From Penicillus capitatus (taxonomy: Eukaryota; Plantae; Chlorophyta): DNA of 64,000 nt. The number at the start of each line of letters is the position of its first letter. Within the stretch, counting starts at the first letter, position 1. Where the stretch lies: NCBI GenBank assembly GCA_965649825.1, contig OZ287697.1:372001-436000 (forward strand), read 5' to 3'. Shown in pieces: positions 57,685 to 64,000 of the stretch. The notes below the pieces were generated by a model that ran no database searches, was not told where the DNA came from, and saw only the letters and a list, made by a program, of their open reading frames with translations. Position numbers and translations under genes: made by a program.

Positions 57685-58608
57685 TCACATGTCATCGTCA
57701 CCCACCGAGCTCCCCGCGATCAAGATCTCCCAGATCATGCATTGCAGTATGTCCCCTCGTGTCAAGATCCCGATCACCTTATCGCCCTCCACCACTGGAA
57801 ATCGATTAACCTAAGAGAAGATTGACCTGGTATAGCGATGGGGAATGGAAACGCACTTCGCTTTTGATCATGAGAATTGCCGCTTCGACGATGGACAGTT
57901 CAGGATCGATGGAGATCGGTTCCTTGGTCATGACATCCTGAAATCACACACTCATCTTGTTCTCACTCTTTAATGAGATGCAGCGTTGCTTTGATGAGGG
58001 TATCGAGTAGGAGTTTGGTTTTGGGTTTCTTCTGCAGATCGGAAGGGAGTTGCTGGATGTTGAGATTGTTGTTGGCCCACGAAGCACGTTTCAATGCATC
58101 GATAACGCCTGAAGCTTCACATCAGAAACGCGTGATAGATGTGTGAGATGCGCTGCACTTTGCCTGCTTCTTTCTTGATGATATCTGTCTCGGACAGAAT
58201 CCCCACCAACCGTCGACCGTCATCCAAAACGGGAGCGCCCGATACACCACTGCTCAGAAAGATCTGAATTGCATGTCTAAAACAGATACGGCCATTCATG
58301 CAGACGCCATTTCGAAGGGAATAACGTTCATTACCGTATGGTGTGGTTCTCTCGCAGAAAAATGACATCTCTGTTCATGACCTGACATGCTCCTGCTGGA
58401 TGAGTTGGCGATGGAGTGGTGATGGTACTTGGCGGACGACGGGATTGAGGTCTTCGGGATATAGAGCCACATCTGAGAGCGTGTTTCCCCGTCGAGAGAG
58501 AACATGAGCGCGGCTAGCTCGCGACGGCCTTGGACGACGTAGAGAGGCATAGCGAAAGGGAAAAGGAGAGATGAGATATCGAGAGGACGGAAAGAGGCGA
58601 TTCAACAT
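57685..58608 (-). CDS. Tandem CBS-domain protein (CBSX-like), transit-peptide-like N-terminus
   Basis: VSGAPVLDDGRRLVGILSETDII; DVMTKEPISIDPELSIVEAAILM; RFPVVEGDKVIGILTRGDIL; TGA at 57685. Confidence 0.8.
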
Positions 58609-59059
58609 CTGAAAGCAGCGCGAGAGGTGCGATGCGTCACACGTCGGCTCTGGTATCATCTTTATCATTAAATGCCGCCTGCCGAGTGATTTCGTTACGC
58701 GACGAGGAATTAGAACTATTATGTTGCAGAACCTTTAACAAAAAAAAACAACATCCCGACGCCATTCATTATTGCTACCAGGAAGTATACCTGTTTGAAG
58801 ATTGTGGCTGGGATAAACGAGAATGCTACAAGATGGTATAAAGTCGTTACTTTGAGTTTCTATTATGTAACGGAACGGGAAATGTAGTTAAAGAAGGACC
58901 GGACGAGGAGGGCCCGTTCCTGGACGTGTGCAAGCTGTCGGACGAGAAGAACAAGGGAATCGTCGAAGTCTAGATATCTTTGCGAGAAGGGCGACATGTT
59001 ACGCTGTGCAATAGGTCATTATTAAGGACGTAGTCAGGGAAAATTTTCGTCATGGCACT

Positions 59060-60641
59060 ATGTTCCACCGGAGTGGCATTCTCATAGTAGACCACACATG
59101 GTTAGAAGCATCAAGCTTCGTGCCGAACGAATTAAGGACGTGTTGCTTCTGGGCTAGGGAAATCGAGATCGTTCTTGAAGAACCGCCTCCTTTGTGCTGC
59201 TGTCGTGCTATAAAAGGAATCTGCGGTGAAAATCCAGATCAAAGCTGCGCTATGGGTACTGCACGTTGTTTCGTGAGATGCCTTTGTCTCCCTATGACTT
59301 TTTTGATTTGGCTCCTAAAACCGTTCTATGGCCGTTGTTGGTGTCGTGAGAGATGCACTTCAGTGAAACTGAAACTACTGAGTGACGGTCACCCAAGAGT
59401 TCAATGTGTGACAACATTCTTCCACAACAAACATAGATGCTTGAATCAAACAAGAAGTGAGTCCGCACGACTCCAAGTTTGCATTTTGACGCCTGTCCTC
59501 CATGTCAGAAAAGAAGAAGACCTTGGAAAGGAATGATGAGCTGGAAATAAAGCATCTGTCAAAACACTACTTCGGCAGAACACCATTGTCAAGTTTTATA
59601 CGGGAGAACACTTTGCAGATCAACTTGCAGTTAACGATCACCAATTATCGGACAGTGCTTAATCCGAAAGAACAAGAAATGATGGAAATCGATCCTGTGA
59701 ATGTGCACATCATCACGGATGATGTCGCCAGAGAACATGTTGCTCGATCTGTTTGTTTTGGAGTTGCACCCATTCATCACAAAGTGGCATTCTGCCTACC
59801 TCGCGACGAGATCATCAGCGATTTCCATCGAAAGGTGGTCGAGAATTCTAGCTTTGAGATTCGAGCATTCTTGATAGGTTCGAGAAGAGTACGAAAAAGC
59901 CGCTGTGGACATGAGAATGTGGCATTGCATCCAGACAAAGAAGGGCATGAAAGTGGGAAAGCTGTTAGAGCCATCCTCTATGAAGGGAAGGCTTAAAGAT
60001 TATACTTTCGACGAAGAAAACCTCAATGGTCAAAGTTTTATCTTCCAACGACACTCGTACAAAAGAAAATGTGATACAGGGGAAACAATAGCTGATGGAA
60101 TGACCTTTTACATGAAGGATGTTTTTGAGCCAGGCTGTCCGGAGGAAAAAATGACAGCAACTAAGATGATAATCTTTCTCAAGCATTTTGACGCGGCCAG
60201 AACTGAAATGTCGCTTGTGGGGACAACATACATGGAGCCCAGCGACAGTTGCGGCTGTCTGTTTGACGCAGCAAGCGCAAAGACGTCCCATCTGAGAGCT
60301 TCTTCTAGCTCGCCACCTCTCACCTCGATTGCGTTGCTTTTGGAAGTTGAACCCTCGAGGCTCCAGCCTATCGGCGGAAGGATAACATTAAAAAAAGTAT
60401 GGCTCCCTATCATTTGGAAACCTTGACGATCTTTTGTCTTACGTAGGCCGGCCTTACCTCGGGAGCTGTTGTGGTGATCTATCCAATGGATCCATCGAAT
60501 CCAAAATCATTTGAGACCATCAAACATGAACTGGAAAAGTTGTACGACGTCAACATGCCTTCTGTCTACAGAGAACCATCTTGTGTTCCCTCTGTTCCAC
60601 CGCTGGACACGGCCGGACCTTCGGGCTCAGGTTCGAAATGA
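59060..60641 (+). CDS. Protein with USP7/UBP12-like C-terminal ubiquitin-like domains, no USP catalytic domain seen; model partial
   Basis: VHIITDDVAREHVARSVCFGV..KVAFCLPRDEIISDFHRKV and IIFLKHFDAARTEMSLVGTTYM..IALLLEVEP..KKVGLTSGAVVVIYP align by eye with my recollection of the UBP12 Ubl1-2 (ICP0-binding) region. The frame junction near 59889-59970 needs an intron. Confidence 0.45.
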
Positions 60642-60945
60642 ACATATAACTAGAATGTCGTCAATACATGGAACAGTCAGCAAACAGTCACAACAGTTCT
60701 GCTGAAAATGCACAAAACCCTACTCCGTATCGCATTCATTGATAAGATTTCATTGGTATTATACTAGTCCGACCTCTCGATTGCTCTATGAGTCTTACAT
60801 TTCCTGCGCGACCGAGCCCTTTTATTCATTGCTAGGCCGATTTTTCTCTTCCGTGGCGTGTTCGAATGCCAGGCTCTGCATTATTCATGTCATGAATTCT
60901 CACAACACAATGTGCCGTCTCTAATTCGGGATTTTGTCAATCCTG

Positions 60946-62170
60946 CTAATATCCTCGTATCTCGTCGATGAGTGTCGAATTAAAGACGCTGGCCATCGAG
61001 TCAGCTGTAGCGCAGTTATCAGAAAACCGATCACTCTTTCGTGAACTTTGCACTGTCTGTTGCTGGATTGACAGCGATACTTCTTCGATATACACCAAAT
61101 CGCGATCTTCAGTGTCGAAGATCGTCGTCAGAACGATACATGGCATCTTCCTAACTTCAGTTTCGAAGATCTATCTGGGAGTTTATATTTTAAGCCAGAG
61201 GTCAGGTCCATGTTCCGGAGACCTGGGACACCACAGACTTAGACGTTGTTGATGTCAACTTCTGTATTTCGCTGTATTGTCATCATATCAACTGTCATAA
61301 CGGTTCTGCGCACAAGGTTAGCTGTAAGTGCCTCGTAGATATGCCTCCATTTTCAACGATGTTTTTCCTTTTAGTTCCCTGACTCCCTCGAGATCGAACT
61401 GGATTTCATGAAATTGACTGCCTTTCAGCCCGTAAACAGTTACTTGTCTTACTTCAAACTGTCGATTTGGAGTACGCATGTCCATATGCATGGTGTTCCT
61501 GTTGTTACCGGAGACTGGATTCGCAGGCATGCATTACAAGCACACTTACATCTTCTATGAACACATTGGACGATCTGTCCAGTACATGGTACAGCGTAAG
61601 TGCCACGGGCGACTATTGAAGACAGTAACGGGTAGGTACTAGGAGAACAAAATACTCTCGAATGACAATGACTTTTTCTCTTTTTAGGATTCTTTGCTTG
61701 ACTGGCTCGAAATAGACGATAGTGATATAGCTCATACCCTGCGATCGTTGCCGATAACGGTCGACACCGTTCACAAGCAGACAGGATACCCAGACTGCTG
61801 AAGACACTCTCTCGGCGAACTGAGGCACTGCTTGAGAAATGTGACCAATCATCACGCCCTGAACTCGGGCTCGCCTTCAGGCCACTTCTCTCATAGCAGA
61901 TGTCGAATGTGATAGTACCTTCTTTTCTATGATAAAACAAAGACAATCTCACAGCCAATCCAGATTTAAAGACTTCTCAAGACACAATTGATCCAGGTCC
62001 AGAATGAATGATAGAGTGTATACCAATATCGACCTTCATGCAATACATCCGATCACACCTTGACATTATCTCCTTTCAATCCGTCCCCGAAGGCCAGATA
62101 CACACAGGTACGGTCCAGCTGCTCAGATATCTCGCAGACAACAGTTTGGCAACAAACCGTTGTTTTCATC
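60946..62170 (-). CDS. Hypothetical multi-exon gene, possibly a second USP7-Ubl-like paralogue
   Basis: Protein-like ORF pieces (61613-61855 YITIVYFEPVKQRILKREKVIV; 61318-61530; 60946-61146) and a GTAAGA donor at ~61452. No full model assembled. Confidence 0.25.
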
Positions 62171-62455
62171 TTCTTACAAACAGAATGTCTTTTATTAATT
62201 TAAGATTCAAGTCTGTCATCAAGACTTTATCGAATACAGAAAAAATCGTTTGCCCCATGGGGCAGCTAGATGCCAGGAAAGATCATCATGTGCCGAACAC
62301 TATCATCATCTGACTACAAAACTTTCATCCACGAGCCGGTTATTATCACCTAATCCTCGCTGTCGTCAAGTGCAATGGGTTTATTCTAGACGTTCAGGCA
62401 ACTCCAAAGTCACGACACTGGAAATCAATTCTTCTATTCGAATCTTTGCTTATTA

Positions 62456-63602
62456 TTAATTGGCTTTATTCTTCTTCTTTGATCCTGCGGCTTTGGTATC
62501 GTCGATGTCTACCGTCGTCGTTCCGGTGAATGCTTCCGAGTGCACTAGAAGGTTCAGAGATGTCAAGAGCATGAAACAGAAGGCATTCTTACGGATCAAT
62601 TTCATCCACTTTGTAAATTTGCGGACATTCGTTGCGATGGAAATGCTGTTTGTATCATCACATCGTCCGACAGTGTAGGAAGCAATCGCAATGAGGCTAT
62701 CTTCGTAAACTGGCGTAAATGGTGCGTGCATGATAGGACTACCCTCATCTCCTAGAAGCAGGCGATATGTGTGACGTTAAAACGAAACGAATCTAAACGG
62801 GACAAACCTGCGCAAATGCCTGCAACTCCGCCGGCTGTTTTGAAACAGACTGAATCCCGACCCATTTTGACGGGCAGGTTGAAGTTTTTGTTACACTCCG
62901 ATCGAGTTATGTACTTCAAGTGTCCCCCTTGGAGCTCTGATGAGAACTCTCCAGAGGAACCCGTTCTTCCAAAGCCGAAGGCGGTAAAATGGTCTTGCTC
63001 CGAGTCTCTCTTGCCGATAAACTTGACAGGCTGAACGCAGGTCGGCCTGTCCAGCTTGATGATGGCGATATCGTAGCCGAGCAGCTGGTTCCCTTCCCAC
63101 TTATCATGCATGAAGATCTTTTCTGCCACCCGTTCCTGAGAAGCAGCGGGTTGCCGATGGCAGAGGAGAAGGTCGGGCCGACCTGGATGGGTTCGTCGAT
63201 CCTTCGGCCACCGATGAAGATGATGGGCCTCTCGGCTGCTCTCGCTTTGATGCGTCTATCGACGCAGCCAGCCGAGGTGAGCACAGCATCCTCGGCTATC
63301 ACAATCCCTCCGCAGCTGTGTTTGCCATCCACATCTCTTCAGACGGAAACATCTGTCAGACTGGAGACTGGTGTGGTTGGTGCTCACCGAATGGAGCACA
63401 CGTAGGGCGCATACATCCGGGGACATTCGGTCTCTTTGCTCGTCGCCAGCAGAGTTCGTCGCGGAAGCGAAGAGGCTTCTGTCGCAGACAGGGCGTGTTT
63501 AGTTGACACGCTTCGAGGTTCGAGGTTCTTAGGACCTGTGAAGGCGGTGGGCGAGAGCGAGATTCCCAGCAGTGCGAACAGGAGAAATGCGTTCAGTTCC
63601 AT
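62456..63602 (-). CDS. Secreted trypsin-fold (S1) serine protease homologue, catalytically degenerate
   Basis: Introns 63337-63387, 63136-63182, 62752-62807 (in frame), plus a probable 48-nt intron near 62590. Signal peptide; HSCGG; TSAGC (for TAAHC); YDIAIIKL; GFGRT; CAGDEGSP (for GDSGGP). Confidence 0.85.
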
Positions 63603-64000
63603 GTTGGCGCTGCGACGATTTGAATGAATGCGTTTAACTGTGTTGCTGAGTAGGTGCGAAAGACGAGAGCGAGAGCGACGACGACAAGAAGTCCAACGGT
63701 TGGGCGATGAGCCTCAACTGTACGGACGAGGTTTCATTTGCTTTCTTAAGGCACGTCGAGTTTGCGTTTTTACGGTTTGCATCGTGCCAGTGAAGCAGCG
63801 CACACCGTCCTGTTTATCCGTCCTCTGAGGCCCTAGTGTCGTGACCGTCTGTTTTTCTAAACATCTGACTGACTTAATTTTCGCTAACTGCCATCGATGG
63901 GACTTTTGTTCTTAGCGAAATTCAATGGAAACAACGTCAGCTTCAGAAAAGTGCGCTACACGTTCGTTCATTAACCACACAAGATGACCCCTATCATGAG

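Noticed and set aside
62560-62620. C-terminal transmembrane or GPI anchor on the trypsin homologue (AFCFMLLTSLNLLV)
   Set aside because: The segment is bounded by GTAAGA..TTCTAG and is most likely a 48-nt in-frame intron.
15305-63387. Stop-free 3n introns (e.g. 15305-15355, 45754-45816, ~62590) as a programmed intron-retention system
   Set aside because: About a third of introns are 3n by chance and 50-nt introns often lack stops. The homologous intron in ANK-D is 49 nt with a stop, so the property is not conserved.
1-64000. Non-canonical genetic code (TAA/TAG = Gln, as in some ulvophytes)
   Set aside because: TAA and TAG end homologous genes at matching positions (P450s, ANK copies, PMI), and long conserved ORFs contain no in-frame TAR.

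Overview
This is eukaryotic nuclear DNA from a compact, gene-dense genome with ~45-65 nt introns and the standard genetic code. The plastid-targeted gene set (sigma factor, ClpF, CBM53-type starch synthase III, fused PabA-PabB) points to a chlorophyte green alga; I cannot name the species. No CRISPR array, rRNA or tRNA gene was seen. (1) 1-23.3 kb is a recently reshuffled cluster. Two cytochrome P450 paralogues alternate with six copies of a predicted secreted ankyrin-like protein family that shares 12 conserved Cys and a 4-exon structure. One copy carries a mucin-like stalk with 22 N-glycosylation sequons and one is a frameshifted chimera. (2) 24-39 kb holds tightly packed housekeeping genes: alpha/beta hydrolase, ClpF, plastid sigma factor, sulfotransferase, ADC synthase and starch synthase III. 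(3) 34-48 kb holds an old, diverged family of 8 genes (9 domains) that look like a PH/GRAM-like domain split by a two-helix membrane hairpin; one gene probably fuses two domains. (4) 48.7-64 kb holds HemW, a 1,790-bp pol-less LTR retroelement (identical LTRs, 5-bp TSD, one coiled-coil/CCHC ORF), a third P450, phosphomannose isomerase, a CBS protein, USP7-Ubl-like sequence without a catalytic domain, and a catalytically dead trypsin-like protein. Gene models were spliced by hand. Frame continuity was checked for the P450, ankyrin-like, trypsin-like and fused membrane-family models. No database searches were run.
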